A stretch of 64,000 nt of DNA. It comes from Candidatus Anderseniibacteriota bacterium. GTDB lineage: Bacteria > Patescibacteriota > Andersenbacteria > UBA10190. The stretch spans positions 98,875 through 162,874 of the forward strand of contig JBBDOX010000016.1 in assembly GCA_040876835.1 (NCBI GenBank). Reading direction: 5' to 3'. The notes beneath the pieces are model-generated. The model did not search any database. It saw only the letters and a program-made list of their open reading frames with translations, and was not told where the DNA came from. Positions 39,663-50,195 of the stretch are shown piece by piece. The position numbers and the translations under genes were made by a program. Position 1 is the stretch's first letter, and each line of letters begins with the position of its first letter.

Positions 39663-40808
39663 TTAGGCAATCTTAACGGCACGCTGTAATACCGTCTCAA
39701 ATTGTCGCGTGGTGTTATCAACGTAGAAAGCTGTCGCCTTTTTCGCATTTGCAGCACTCATGCGCTGAGACAAATCCTCATCTGAAAGTAATCGCCTCAC
39801 CGCCTCAGCCAAACGTTGCGGATGATCGGAGTCCACCAGGATAGCGTTCTCTCCATCAATGAGAAAATCAAGCTGTCCTCCATCGCTTGGTGCCACCAGG
39901 GGCAGCCCCGCGTCCATCGCTTCAATAAAGACGATCCCGAATCCCTCGTGCTTGGCAGCCGAGACGTACATGTCTGCCGCTCGCAAAAGTTGAAGTTTCC
40001 TCTCTTCTGAAATAAACCCCGTGAGTGTTACACGCTCCTGCAAGCCGTAATCTTTGATCCGCTTAAGCAGATTAGCCCTTAATGGGCCGTCACCAACGAT
40101 AAGCAAGTGAGCCTGTGGCACGTCCTTCCAGGCATCTAGTAGTACTTCATACCCCTTGCGTGGAATTAAACGCCCTACCGAAACTGCCACTTTCACATTC
40201 GCTGGCAGCCCAAGAGACTCTCGAGAGGTCACCTCTGTGTGTTGAGGCACAATGCCTAGCGGTGTGACTGTAATATTTTTCGTAACACCGTGCAGTTGCT
40301 GCGCTCGCCGCTTGGTATCCTCCGAAATAGCAGTGCAAGAAACCGCTGCTCGAGAAATAAGTCGTATTAAAGCACGGAACAACAAATGACGATGAGGGGA
40401 AATGCTTTTTGTAGGATCATAAATATCTCCGCCAATGAAGCTCAAAACAAACGGGATTCTGAAAAGCTTCACCAGGGCATAAGCTGGCAAACCGCTTGGC
40501 AACACAAACTGAGCGTTAAGCACATCAAATTTATCTCCCAAGCAAAGCCAAAATCCCCGCCACAATGCTGCCGGAACAAATGTTAGCATCGAAATGAAGC
40601 TTGCAGTTGGCAGATCGCTTCGCCCCCACACAGGCACCCGGTGCACTCGGACACCGAACGTTATTTCGTCAGGGACAGTATTCTTGGTAGCTGAGGTTAA
40701 CACATGAACTTCATGTTTCTTGGCGAGCTCCTCAGCAATTTGCTTTGTTGCCACTCCTCCCCCGCCTCCCAGTGGCGGATATTCATAATTAACAATTAGA
40801 ATTTTCAT
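39663..40808 (-). CDS. GT4 glycosyltransferase
   Basis: NYEYPPLGGGGG, GRLIPRKG, HEGFGIVFIEAMDAG. Confidence 0.92.
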   Translation of the reverse strand: MKILIVNYEYPPLGGGGGVATKQIAEELAKKHEVHVLTSATKNTVPDEITFGVRVHRVPVWGRSDLPTASFISMLTFVPAALWRGFWLCLGDKFDVLNAQFVLPSGLPAYALVKLFRIPFVLSFIGGDIYDPTKSISPHRHLLFRALIRLISRAAVSCTAISEDTKRRAQQLHGVTKNITVTPLGIVPQHTEVTSRESLGLPANVKVAVSVGRLIPRKGYEVLLDAWKDVPQAHLLIVGDGPLRANLLKRIKDYGLQERVTLTGFISEERKLQLLRAADMYVSAAKHEGFGIVFIEAMDAGLPLVAPSDGGQLDFLIDGENAILVDSDHPQRLAEAVRRLLSDEDLSQRMSAANAKKATAFYVDNTTRQFETVLQRAVKIA

Positions 40809-42889
40809 CTTGATTCAACCGTTAAAACTGGATTTTGAATAATGAGTTTCCCAGGTCCCCTCGACTGTATTAAAAGCTGGTGCTCTCCCGGAAGTAGCTC
40901 ATATCGCATTGACACACTGCCGCTACGATCAAACGTTGATGCTTGTTGCTCATCAATCCATATCTGACCCGAAGTAGTATTCTCTGGAGGCAATTGAAAG
41001 GAGATAATAACACTTTTCACGGACGTGGTGGTGTTGATTAGTGTCACCGTCGCTATTTCCGGAACTTCCGCAAAAACGCTACTGCGCACTTTATCAAACC
41101 CCACGCTCATCCACCCTTCCCCGCGCATGAGCAGCACACCGTCACCATGCTGGCTGGCTGGCTTCGTAAACACCCGAACGTCATCGTAGTCAACCGCGGC
41201 GAACCCTGCCCGCTGAGCCAGAAAGGTCTCCAAAGCTGAATTTTGTAAAGCGGATAAAGAATCAGTATGAACAACCACATTAGCAGCCTTGAGATAATCC
41301 ATTGCATCAAGCAGTGAATCATTCAGAGACTGACCAAAAAACTCTTCGCGATCTTCCCGTAGCTCAGTCGTTCGCAGTAACATTATCTGTCTAACACCAG
41401 GAAGCTGCTTAGCTAGAACGAAAGCCTCGTCGTCTAACGCGCGTTCCAAAGCAATGTTGCCCAGTACTTCCTTATGATGTTTGTTGCTAGCGTACAAGGC
41501 CCGCGAGGCAATCGTGTAGTTAGTCGCAGCGGGAATTTCCAGAACCGTGCCGCTAGCATCCGCTGCAATGTATTCGTATGCTGCCGAAAGCTTGGTGGAT
41601 TGAATTGGAACAGGCAGAAATAAAAACTCAATCAGTACTGCAACTCCAACTGCAACTGCACTACCACGCCGCTTTAGCTGTGTTGCCAGCACTAGACCGA
41701 AAAGCACCGTAGCCGCTAATCCCACCAGCGCTCCCGCCCGCGCCACTGCTCTAATGGAAGAGAAAACCGGTAAACTGTCGATCGCTTCATACGGCAACGG
41801 CAGAATTGTAACCGTTCCAAAAATATGCAGTCGTGGACCTAGGCTGATGATAAAAAAGATGGCCACCACAATATTCCAGAACCACTTGGTGCGTTTATCT
41901 ATCTGCTGGTGGAAAAAAGCTATGAGTAACAAAACAATAAACCCAATAAATTGAGTTGCTTCAGATATATTTCCCGTAAAGCCACCCGGGTCCGCATACA
42001 AAGGAGTAGCAATCTGTCCCCAGAGGGAGTGAAATGCCGCCGGAACCACATAGGCAAAGGGGTCAGCCGAAAAACGCACTAGCTGTTGGTATCCTAAGTT
42101 AAGAGACGAATCTGCCTGCAGCGCTAAGCGAATAGTAGGAAGGTATGACAAAAAAATGATACTACCTGCGATCAGTAAAATTCCAATCCCACTATAGGCA
42201 GTCCGACGCGTAAGTGCAGTCCGCACGTCAGCGCGATAGTAGACAGCAGCGATGGTGGCAAACAGCATCAACCAGAGGAAATAGTGATGTTCTGTCCACC
42301 CCTGCACAATAAGTAAGGCAGCTAATCCAATTACCTTAAGTTGAGTCGCCTTACGAATGAAACTGATACTGAGAACAATAATGAACGGGATCCATTGAAG
42401 CTGCATGGCTCCAAAGTGCCCGTAGGCGTGAGCAACGTGATATGGCAGAAACATATAGGTCATACCAGCAATAAAAGCTGCCGCCTCAGGTAGTTTTTCG
42501 TTTCTAGAAGCCAACGTGCCAACAAGCAAAAACACTGCATAGCCTGACAGTATAAATGACAATAGCCACACGATGTTGTATGCAAGCGGCTGACCAAATA
42601 ACCACTGTACCCACATCCAGGGCCAGACGGATAGATTAACTAATGCAGGCTGACTGCGACCAAAAAACTCCTCCGCCACATATGTCCCGACACTGCCCGC
42701 CTGTACCGCCTCGCTCAACATTTGTGCTTTATGCTCAAAGCGCCACATAGTCTGCCAGGGATCACCTCCGCTTCCGGCCACATGCGTTCCAATGTACCCA
42801 GCCACAGGCCAGGTCATGAATAACCCAAGGAGAAGATATCCTCCAACTACAACAAGGTGCGTATTAATCCTTTTCTGCAACGAGGACAT
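40805..42889 (-). CDS. Multi-pass GT-C/YfhO-like membrane protein
   Basis: GDPWQTMW, AYNIVWLLSF, FLPYH, SLGP, LPVFSSIRAVAR, VLEIP. Confidence 0.7.
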   Translation of the reverse strand: MSSLQKRINTHLVVVGGYLLLGLFMTWPVAGYIGTHVAGSGGDPWQTMWRFEHKAQMLSEAVQAGSVGTYVAEEFFGRSQPALVNLSVWPWMWVQWLFGQPLAYNIVWLLSFILSGYAVFLLVGTLASRNEKLPEAAAFIAGMTYMFLPYHVAHAYGHFGAMQLQWIPFIIVLSISFIRKATQLKVIGLAALLIVQGWTEHHYFLWLMLFATIAAVYYRADVRTALTRRTAYSGIGILLIAGSIIFLSYLPTIRLALQADSSLNLGYQQLVRFSADPFAYVVPAAFHSLWGQIATPLYADPGGFTGNISEATQFIGFIVLLLIAFFHQQIDKRTKWFWNIVVAIFFIISLGPRLHIFGTVTILPLPYEAIDSLPVFSSIRAVARAGALVGLAATVLFGLVLATQLKRRGSAVAVGVAVLIEFLFLPVPIQSTKLSAAYEYIAADASGTVLEIPAATNYTIASRALYASNKHHKEVLGNIALERALDDEAFVLAKQLPGVRQIMLLRTTELREDREEFFGQSLNDSLLDAMDYLKAANVVVHTDSLSALQNSALETFLAQRAGFAAVDYDDVRVFTKPASQHGDGVLLMRGEGWMSVGFDKVRSSVFAEVPEIATVTLINTTTSVKSVIISFQLPPENTTSGQIWIDEQQASTFDRSGSVSMRYELLPGEHQLLIQSRGPGKLIIQNPVLTVESR

Positions 42890-43571
42890 AGTGAACAGCA
42901 AACAATTTACGCTTATCAACTACTCTATCAATGGCAATGGTCAATTTACTGCACCAATAAGTGAGCTCATGCACAACTAGTCCAATTATTGGAATGTCAT
43001 GAGTTACCCCAATAAGTAACGTAGCGGGAATGTGCTGCAAGAAAGCAATAAGCCCTCCACTAGGTTCAATCGTTTTAATTCGAAAACCGGCGTCAGTGAC
43101 TAATACCTCTAATCCATACTTTGTGTATCGGTAGAAATCATACGGCTCGTTGTGCAGATAACCCAAGTGCGGAACAGTAATAATTACCTTTCCTCCTGGG
43201 CGAAGGACACGATAAAATTCTTTTAATGCCTTGGCCGGATACGGAACGTGCTCGAGCACTTCAACACATAAGACTGTGTCGAAAGAATTATCCTCAAAGG
43301 ACATATCTTGAATGTCCCCCACTTTATCTAACTCTGGATGCGTCTCCTTAAAATCAATGCTTTTGTAGGAACAACCAGCGTCCCGAACTAAGTGCCGGTA
43401 CGATAACGTACCCGCACCTGCATCCAGCAAGTCCCCTTTCGCGTGCTTCCGTAATTTCGAATCAACGACCTCAAGCAACAATAGCACTAAAGCGCTACGC
43501 TCCCAGAATTTTTTTGTGCCTGTCGTTGCCCGTGACGAAGCAGCCCAGCCTTCCTTAATCTTTGTGTGCAT
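42864..43571 (-). CDS. Class I SAM-dependent methyltransferase
   Basis: LDAGAG, FDTVLCVEVLEHVP, RVLRPGG, HNEPYDFYRYT. Confidence 0.9.
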   Translation of the reverse strand: MHTKIKEGWAASSRATTGTKKFWERSALVLLLLEVVDSKLRKHAKGDLLDAGAGTLSYRHLVRDAGCSYKSIDFKETHPELDKVGDIQDMSFEDNSFDTVLCVEVLEHVPYPAKALKEFYRVLRPGGKVIITVPHLGYLHNEPYDFYRYTKYGLEVLVTDAGFRIKTIEPSGGLIAFLQHIPATLLIGVTHDIPIIGLVVHELTYWCSKLTIAIDRVVDKRKLFAVHYVLVAEKD

Positions 43572-43697
43572 AGGAATACATGTAGTCTCACTCAATTGTT
43601 ATACAGCGTCAACTTGCAGGAATGGCCCCACACAGCCTCTGTTCCGTAAGCATTGAACCCCATAGCCAAGGAACAAAATATCTCCTACAGTATACCA

Positions 43698-44570
43698 ATG
43701 AGCTTAGCTTCACGTGACGAGAAATTTGTTGCCCGGGTTGTCGAACTACAAAGCAATATGCCAGACCATCTGGTATGTGATGCCCATGCCGACCGAGAAA
43801 AACTGGCTCGAGACTGGTTGGACGAAACACGAGACCTCGACCGCTGGAAACTGATCGAGCGGCTACTCCCGATTGATCTAAAAAAATCTAAGACGTTAGA
43901 AATTGGAAGCGGCGTGGGAACATTTGTGATGGCTGGGGTTCGCCAGGGGCTTTCTGTAGACGGTATTGAGCCGGTAAAGGAGTTAGTAGAGTTGAATAAC
44001 GAGAGGCTACAGCAGGAAGGTATATCAGCTGACGTGCGTGTCGGTACTGGAGAGCATCTACCATATCCTGATCAGTCGTACGACCTTGCTACCTCCTTTC
44101 AGGTATTAGAGCACGTTGACGATCCCCAGCAGGTTATTAACGAGTCACTGCGAGTTTTGCGCCCGGGTGGCTACATATTCTTCATCATCCCCAGTTATCA
44201 TTCTTTCTGGGAAGGGCATTATGGTATTTTCTGGTGGCCGAACCTGCATCGGTATAAACCCCTTATGAGCCGATACATCCGCCTCATGCGCCGCGATCCG
44301 GCTTACGCAGACACTCTTAACTTCATTACTCCCCAGCTCCTTCACGAGGCTGTATCCAAAGCTCCCATCAAAGCAAATATTGAGAATCTTGGTTATGAGG
44401 TATGGCGGGAACGGCTGTACAAGAAAATGCCCGCGTGGGGCTACACCAGTCGTCTTCTGAGGGTTGTCGAGATAGCTCGAAAGCTTCGACTATTAAAGAT
44501 CGTCGAGGTCTTGGGCAAGCGGTGGGAATTTTATACTCCGATTATTTTTGTTTGCCGACGAGACTCCTAG
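43698..44570 (+). CDS. Class I SAM-dependent methyltransferase
   Basis: LEIGSGVG, LPYPDQSYD, VLEHV, RVLRPGG, FWEGHY. Confidence 0.9.
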   Translation: MSLASRDEKFVARVVELQSNMPDHLVCDAHADREKLARDWLDETRDLDRWKLIERLLPIDLKKSKTLEIGSGVGTFVMAGVRQGLSVDGIEPVKELVELNNERLQQEGISADVRVGTGEHLPYPDQSYDLATSFQVLEHVDDPQQVINESLRVLRPGGYIFFIIPSYHSFWEGHYGIFWWPNLHRYKPLMSRYIRLMRRDPAYADTLNFITPQLLHEAVSKAPIKANIENLGYEVWRERLYKKMPAWGYTSRLLRVVEIARKLRLLKIVEVLGKRWEFYTPIIFVCRRDS

Positions 44571-44571
44571 T

Positions 44572-46074
44572 CTATAAAGATGGTTCTTGAAAAATCCATA
44601 CGTACGGGAGCTTATTAACTGTCACAACGTGCACGGGAACTCGCTCCGGATCATCCAAATACCGCTTCGTAAAATCTGACTCAACCGAATCAGGCGCCCG
44701 CTCAAACATTGACCGATAGATGACTACATAGTCAGTATCATCACTCATATGTTCCAGCGAAGTTACATACCCAGTCCCTCCAAATTTATTCCAGCTGTAT
44801 TCAAACACGCTGCTGTAAAAAGCTACAACACTAGCTTGAGGGTCGCGCGCAGCAATATATTTTGCCGCCTCTTCTAATCCTTCACCCCACCCGAGTTTTT
44901 GCCGCTCGTGAAACGGAAGCAGACGATTGTAGTGACTCAAGTAATACGGATGAAGGCGAAAATCTGTAATAGCAAGTAAAAGAATGGGTAGGGCTGCCAA
45001 GACCAGCCCCACTTGGGGGGTGATAAAACGCTTAAGCAAGATAACTAATTGACGCAGTCCCATAACTGCCCAAATATCTACTGTAAGCAGTAGAAACAGC
45101 AGATAACGATCAGCCCGATCATTACTAGCATGGAGACACAGGGCATACACAAGACCGGAAGCCAGCAGAGTAAATAACATAAAGCGCACATGAGTCCTCT
45201 TTTCACGCCAGAAAGTTGCGACGCTCACAACGAAGAGAATTGAGATAGCCGCCGTCAGACGCATTGGGCCTTCTCGCATGTAGTACCACCACTGCGTCGA
45301 AGTTTCTCCCAATCGTCGATTGGAAGAGGAAGAATACCCACTGATGTTAGACCATAGATAGTCGAGTACTCCCAAGGCATCAACCCACAAAGCGGGCCAA
45401 ACAGCAAAAGCGGTGGCGACAGCTATGACAACCCAAAACCCCACTGTACTTCCCACCTGTTTTACCCGATGAGTTTTTTGCCAGACGTCCCACGCGACAA
45501 TCAAAGCAATCGGTCCAAGTGCGAAAAGAGCAAATATTTTTGTTGTAACGGCGAGTCCTGCCAGAATGGCGCTGAAAACAAGATAACGAGTTTCATACCC
45601 GTTGGAGCCTCCCTCCTTTCTGGCAACGCATAGACCGAGCACTGCAGTTAATAGTAAGAGAGCCAGTAGAGCATCCGTATGAACGACACGACTATGAGCG
45701 ATCAGGAACGGATCTAAAGCCAGTATGAAGCCGGTAATTACACCCCAGCGCCAAGCTAGAACCCTCACCAGAAAGTAGGTAGCAACAGCGATAAGCAAAC
45801 CTGTGGCAACAGCGATCGACGCCTGAGAGGCTGCCAGAGAATTAAAATGGGTGGTTACAGCTGACAGCCAGGTAGTGGTAACACCGGGCTGAAAGGCAAC
45901 TCTCGTATCAGCCATATGCAGACTGGCAAAGGCTTCCATAAACTTTGCACCCCTCGCCAGCCAAAGACGCTCATCAATTGTGAAGATTGTCCCGAGAGTT
46001 ATGATCCGCGGAACAAAAATTGCTGCAAATAAACCGACAAGAATGCTAACTCGTTGTATCAGTGTCATTCGCAT
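44572..46074 (-). CDS. GT-C (PMT/ArnT-like, GT39/GT83) membrane glycosyltransferase
   Basis: TIDERLW (DE dyad), QPGVTTTWL, ALDPFLIAHSRV, DRYL, GWGEGLEEAA. Confidence 0.8.
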   Translation of the reverse strand: MRMTLIQRVSILVGLFAAIFVPRIITLGTIFTIDERLWLARGAKFMEAFASLHMADTRVAFQPGVTTTWLSAVTTHFNSLAASQASIAVATGLLIAVATYFLVRVLAWRWGVITGFILALDPFLIAHSRVVHTDALLALLLLTAVLGLCVARKEGGSNGYETRYLVFSAILAGLAVTTKIFALFALGPIALIVAWDVWQKTHRVKQVGSTVGFWVVIAVATAFAVWPALWVDALGVLDYLWSNISGYSSSSNRRLGETSTQWWYYMREGPMRLTAAISILFVVSVATFWREKRTHVRFMLFTLLASGLVYALCLHASNDRADRYLLFLLLTVDIWAVMGLRQLVILLKRFITPQVGLVLAALPILLLAITDFRLHPYYLSHYNRLLPFHERQKLGWGEGLEEAAKYIAARDPQASVVAFYSSVFEYSWNKFGGTGYVTSLEHMSDDTDYVVIYRSMFERAPDSVESDFTKRYLDDPERVPVHVVTVNKLPYVWIFQEPSL

Positions 46075-46099
46075 AATCTGGTAGTATAGTAACACTATT

Positions 46100-48388
46100 A
46101 TGCTGAAGAAAATTCGGGAAATCTACGAATTATGGCGAAGTATCGTGGTTCTTTTGAGTATAGTCATGATTGGAGGAGTGGCATTTCTGCTGCCGCTAGC
46201 GTTACCGGAATTTGTCATTGTCAGCGGCCCGGGCGGCAGCGGAGTATACGCGGAGCTCTCTCCCGGCACGACGTTTCGTCAAAACATAGAGATTCCGGAA
46301 AATCCGGCTAATAGCCTGTTTATCGCTTTAGAACATTCATCCGAGGCATCTCGCATCCAGGGACACCTTATCTCCTCTACTAACAGCTCTCCAATTGACA
46401 TCGGCTTTGGCCAACCAGCTAGAATACCAGTAACCGAAGAACGATCTATCTCAGGAGCATGGTGGCCAATTCCGGCTCTTGAGGCAGATGTTGGGCATGC
46501 TATTGAAATCTCGATTACAGACACAGCCCGGGATCCTATAAACATTGTAGCTGACGAGCGATCAACAGATAGCCAAGATGCAACGGTTCTAATTGATATT
46601 GCAGATGAGAAGCATCGACTGCCCTTAGCCCTCTCGACTACTCATCTGCGCCGACAACTGCGCTGGCCAGGGTTAACATCGCAAGACAAACAGTCGACAC
46701 AGCAAGCTGCTCTCTGGGCAGGATTGTCAGTTCTTTTCGTTATCGCAAGCATACTTGCAGTCAATGCCCTGGCTAAAGCTTCAAGGAATACAAAACAAAT
46801 GGTTTTTCTTATCCTAGGGAGCTGCGTGCTCATTGGAGGAATAGCTGCCCGAGTCTGGTTTGCGCGACAGCTTCCGCTGATAAATGATGAGCAGTTTTAC
46901 GTGTATGATGCAGTTTTATTCAGCCCTTCAGACCCCCACTTCTGGAAAAGCCCTCTCCTTATTACAGGTCTTCGCGTTTGGATGTCTATTACGGGCGCCT
47001 CTTCTCTCCTGGCTCTTCGCACCCTCCCTATACTCATATGTGCTGCTGCCTTAAGCTTGCTCGCCTACACCGCCTATCGACTAGCCGGTAAAGTTGCCGG
47101 AGCTGCAACATTGGTAGTTGGAATGCTCCTTCCGACGGTGATCCCATACACCTCGCTGATCATGACTGAGCATATGATGCTGCTACCGGCAATTGGAGCC
47201 GCCACACTGACAATATCCTTGCGGGACAGAAAAAAAATACTATGGTGGCAGTTGCTAATTGTGAGTGTGTTAGTGGGAGTAACCACTCTCGCTCGCTGGA
47301 GCGGAATTTTCTGGCTCATAGCTATTGTTTTGCTGTTCCGTATACGGGCTCCCCGCGAATATGCGAGAAGAGTTGGATGGCTGATTCTTCCCTACGTCGC
47401 CGCGTTCTTGGCCTTTATTGCTATATTTCCGAATATTCTACGTGGCTGGCGCATCACAGAAATGTTCGCGGAATTTTTCGAGCAATCCAGTGCCAGGGGA
47501 TGGCTAACAAAGTTTGCTGCCTGGCGCGTTCCTTTCGCCAATATTACCCCCCTGCTTGTAATAAGTGCCTGGGGATATAGCGGAGGCAACCGTGTACGGC
47601 GGATAATATATGCAATGATTGTCCTTGTTCTTATCCTCACTATCTTCCCAGTGCTGGAAATAGGCTCTCGCCTTCCAACGTATCCTCAGTACCAACAACT
47701 TGCCATATTCCTCCCCCTTACTCTGTTGTTTTTAGGGTTCACGTTTAAACCAATTTACTCAAGGCGGGCTCTTCTTGATGTCGCTATATTTAGCATACCT
47801 CCAGTTATTTCCTATATTATTTTCCATAAGATTAACGCAAAGTATCTGGCTGAATTCATGCCCGTTTTCATTCTTATGGCCGGTCTAGGTCTGGGAGTAA
47901 TATTCCAGCATATTCGTCAGAGGAAAGTTGCGGGAGGCCTTGCCTTCTTCATTTTGATTCTGTGGCTTCTCCCCTGGGTACAGCAGCCAATTAAGCATCC
48001 CTACGCTGGCACGCTTTCGGTTGAGGCAGTTACTGAAACAGTAGAGTATTTGAAAAAGAATAGCCGTTCCGATGAAAAGGTGCTGACCGGGGCAAATCTC
48101 ATTCCTCTCCTGGCTCAACGTGATCCGGCAAACAGAATTTCTCATCCCGCTTGGATTGCCCCTATGTTTCGAGGTCGGCCCGACGAGCGGTTTAACCAAC
48201 TATTTGATCCTGTAGCTGATCAGCTAGAGGCTCAGCAGATCCCGTGGGTAATTGACGAAAAGCTCACAACCGATACATATCGTGAACATCCCCGCATCGA
48301 TGCTATCCTCGCTGAGAAATATGAGGTGGTAAAGACAATTGAAAATGATCAGTCGGGACCCATAACTATTTTACGCCCGGCGCTGTGA
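46100..48388 (+). CDS. GT-C (PMT/ArnT-like) glycosyltransferase with N-terminal extracytoplasmic domain
   Basis: INDEQFYVYDA, KSPL, LRTLP, C-terminal YLKKNSRSDEKV domain. Confidence 0.72.
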   Translation: MLKKIREIYELWRSIVVLLSIVMIGGVAFLLPLALPEFVIVSGPGGSGVYAELSPGTTFRQNIEIPENPANSLFIALEHSSEASRIQGHLISSTNSSPIDIGFGQPARIPVTEERSISGAWWPIPALEADVGHAIEISITDTARDPINIVADERSTDSQDATVLIDIADEKHRLPLALSTTHLRRQLRWPGLTSQDKQSTQQAALWAGLSVLFVIASILAVNALAKASRNTKQMVFLILGSCVLIGGIAARVWFARQLPLINDEQFYVYDAVLFSPSDPHFWKSPLLITGLRVWMSITGASSLLALRTLPILICAAALSLLAYTAYRLAGKVAGAATLVVGMLLPTVIPYTSLIMTEHMMLLPAIGAATLTISLRDRKKILWWQLLIVSVLVGVTTLARWSGIFWLIAIVLLFRIRAPREYARRVGWLILPYVAAFLAFIAIFPNILRGWRITEMFAEFFEQSSARGWLTKFAAWRVPFANITPLLVISAWGYSGGNRVRRIIYAMIVLVLILTIFPVLEIGSRLPTYPQYQQLAIFLPLTLLFLGFTFKPIYSRRALLDVAIFSIPPVISYIIFHKINAKYLAEFMPVFILMAGLGLGVIFQHIRQRKVAGGLAFFILILWLLPWVQQPIKHPYAGTLSVEAVTETVEYLKKNSRSDEKVLTGANLIPLLAQRDPANRISHPAWIAPMFRGRPDERFNQLFDPVADQLEAQQIPWVIDEKLTTDTYREHPRIDAILAEKYEVVKTIENDQSGPITILRPAL

Positions 48389-49491
48389 AGATACTGATGC
48401 TTAACTATGAGTTCCCTCCAGTGGGAGGTGGCGGTGCCCCAGTAACGTACGAACTATGCCGCGAACTGGTTGGCCGCGGTCATGAGGTAGATGTTGTGAC
48501 CATGCACGCTCGCGGAACAAAGCGGTTTGAAATAGTTGACGGGATTCGCGTCTTTCGCGTACCCGCCCTACGGAAGAAGACCGAGATTTGCTACCCCCAC
48601 GAAATGCTTACGTATGTCCTCTCCGCCTTCTTTTTTTGTTTACGACTTACTAAAAAGAAGAAATATGACATTATGCATGTGCATTTTATTTTTCCCACTG
48701 GTATCCTCGCCTACCCCCTCAAGCTCATTACCAAAATACCGTTAATCGTCACCGCTCACGGATCAGATGTTCCATTCTACAATCCAGAGCGATTTCGGTT
48801 TCTGCATCGGCTAATGCATCCGCTGTGGCAACTTATCGTGCGCCGCGTCGATACCTTGGTGGCTCCATCACAATACATGAAGCATCATATCCAGAAATTT
48901 ACTACCAAAGCAGTGGAAGTTGTTCCTAACGGATTCCGCATGGGAAACCTGCGCCCCTCGACTCGAGAACGCAAGATTCTGATTGTCAGTCGTATTTTTC
49001 GCCGTAAAGGAGTACAGCATTTCCTGGAAGCGATTAAAGATATGGATCTGGACTGGGAAATTACCATTGCCGGAGATGGTCCCTACTTAAGTCACTTAAA
49101 AAAGCAGGCGGAAGTAATCAAGCCGCGAGTTAACTTTGTCGGCTTTGTTCAAAATGAGCAGCTTCGTTCCCTCTATGAAACATCTTCTATTTTCATTTTC
49201 ACCTCTCAAAATGAATCTTTTGGCGTTGTTTTACTTGAGGCCATGAGTGCTGGGCTGGCAATTATTACGACCAACGTTAGCGCACTACCCGAAGTGGTTG
49301 AAAACACGGCTTTATTAGTCGAACCTAATAATCCCCAGCAAATTAGAGCTGCGCTAGACAGCTTGATCCGTGACGAATCCCTAATCCGGGAACTTGGTGA
49401 TAAGGGGAGAGAACGCGCCCGAATATTTAACTGGCCCCATATCGCTCAGCAGTATGAAACACTGTATGCGAAAACGCTTTCTCGCACCTAA
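48385..49491 (+). CDS. GT4 glycosyltransferase (paralog of 39663-40808)
   Basis: GTG start; NYEFPPVGGGG, HGSD, ESFGVVLLEAMSAG. Confidence 0.92.
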   Translation: MKILMLNYEFPPVGGGGAPVTYELCRELVGRGHEVDVVTMHARGTKRFEIVDGIRVFRVPALRKKTEICYPHEMLTYVLSAFFFCLRLTKKKKYDIMHVHFIFPTGILAYPLKLITKIPLIVTAHGSDVPFYNPERFRFLHRLMHPLWQLIVRRVDTLVAPSQYMKHHIQKFTTKAVEVVPNGFRMGNLRPSTRERKILIVSRIFRRKGVQHFLEAIKDMDLDWEITIAGDGPYLSHLKKQAEVIKPRVNFVGFVQNEQLRSLYETSSIFIFTSQNESFGVVLLEAMSAGLAIITTNVSALPEVVENTALLVEPNNPQQIRAALDSLIRDESLIRELGDKGRERARIFNWPHIAQQYETLYAKTLSRT

Positions 49492-49583
49492 GCACCATTA
49501 CTCTCACTAGCCATCCTAACGCCCGGAGCGCTGTAAGGCCTCTTTAGCTGGACAGCACGATGGTTGATGGTACTGTAATTTGT

Positions 49584-50195
49584 ATGGCAATACTAAACTT
49601 GATTAAGCGACTCCCTATTGATCTAGGCCAGGGCCATTACCGTCATGAAACGAAGGCCAAAACAGTTGCTTTTGCTCTGGCTGGAGACGGAAACGGAAAA
49701 AAGGCTTTAGATTTCGGCTGCGGAGATGGTTTCTGGTCGGAACAGCTTAAAAGTCGCGGCTGGGACGTAACCTCGGTTGATAATTATGACTTCCGTTACA
49801 AATACACTCAGCAAGTAGATGCCGAACAGAAGCTTTCATTCCCCGACAATACATTTGAGTTAGTTTGGGTACTCGAAGTGGTTGAACATGTTAAGCATGT
49901 AGAGCAGCTTCTCGACGAGTTTAGACGTATCACGAAGCCTGGGGGACGCATAATTATCACTACTCCCAATTCTAATTTCTGGCTCTATCGCATCCTAAGG
50001 CCTTTTGGGATTACTCCGCCGAAAATTCAAAATCCGGATCACAAGCAGTTTTTTTCCTTTGCCGATATGCAGCGTCTGTTCCCCCAGGCATACATATACG
50101 GGTTCTTTCCGTATACCTTGATAAAATTGGTCATCAGTTCCGGGATTGGGTTCCTATCTCCTACCTTTATCGTCATTGAAGATCAGAGCGCATGA
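49584..50195 (+). CDS. Class I SAM-dependent methyltransferase
   Basis: LDFGCGDG, FPDNTFE, EVVEHV, KPGG..TTPN; ATG 7 nt after TACTGT. Confidence 0.9.
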   Translation: MAILNLIKRLPIDLGQGHYRHETKAKTVAFALAGDGNGKKALDFGCGDGFWSEQLKSRGWDVTSVDNYDFRYKYTQQVDAEQKLSFPDNTFELVWVLEVVEHVKHVEQLLDEFRRITKPGGRIIITTPNSNFWLYRILRPFGITPPKIQNPDHKQFFSFADMQRLFPQAYIYGFFPYTLIKLVISSGIGFLSPTFIVIEDQSA

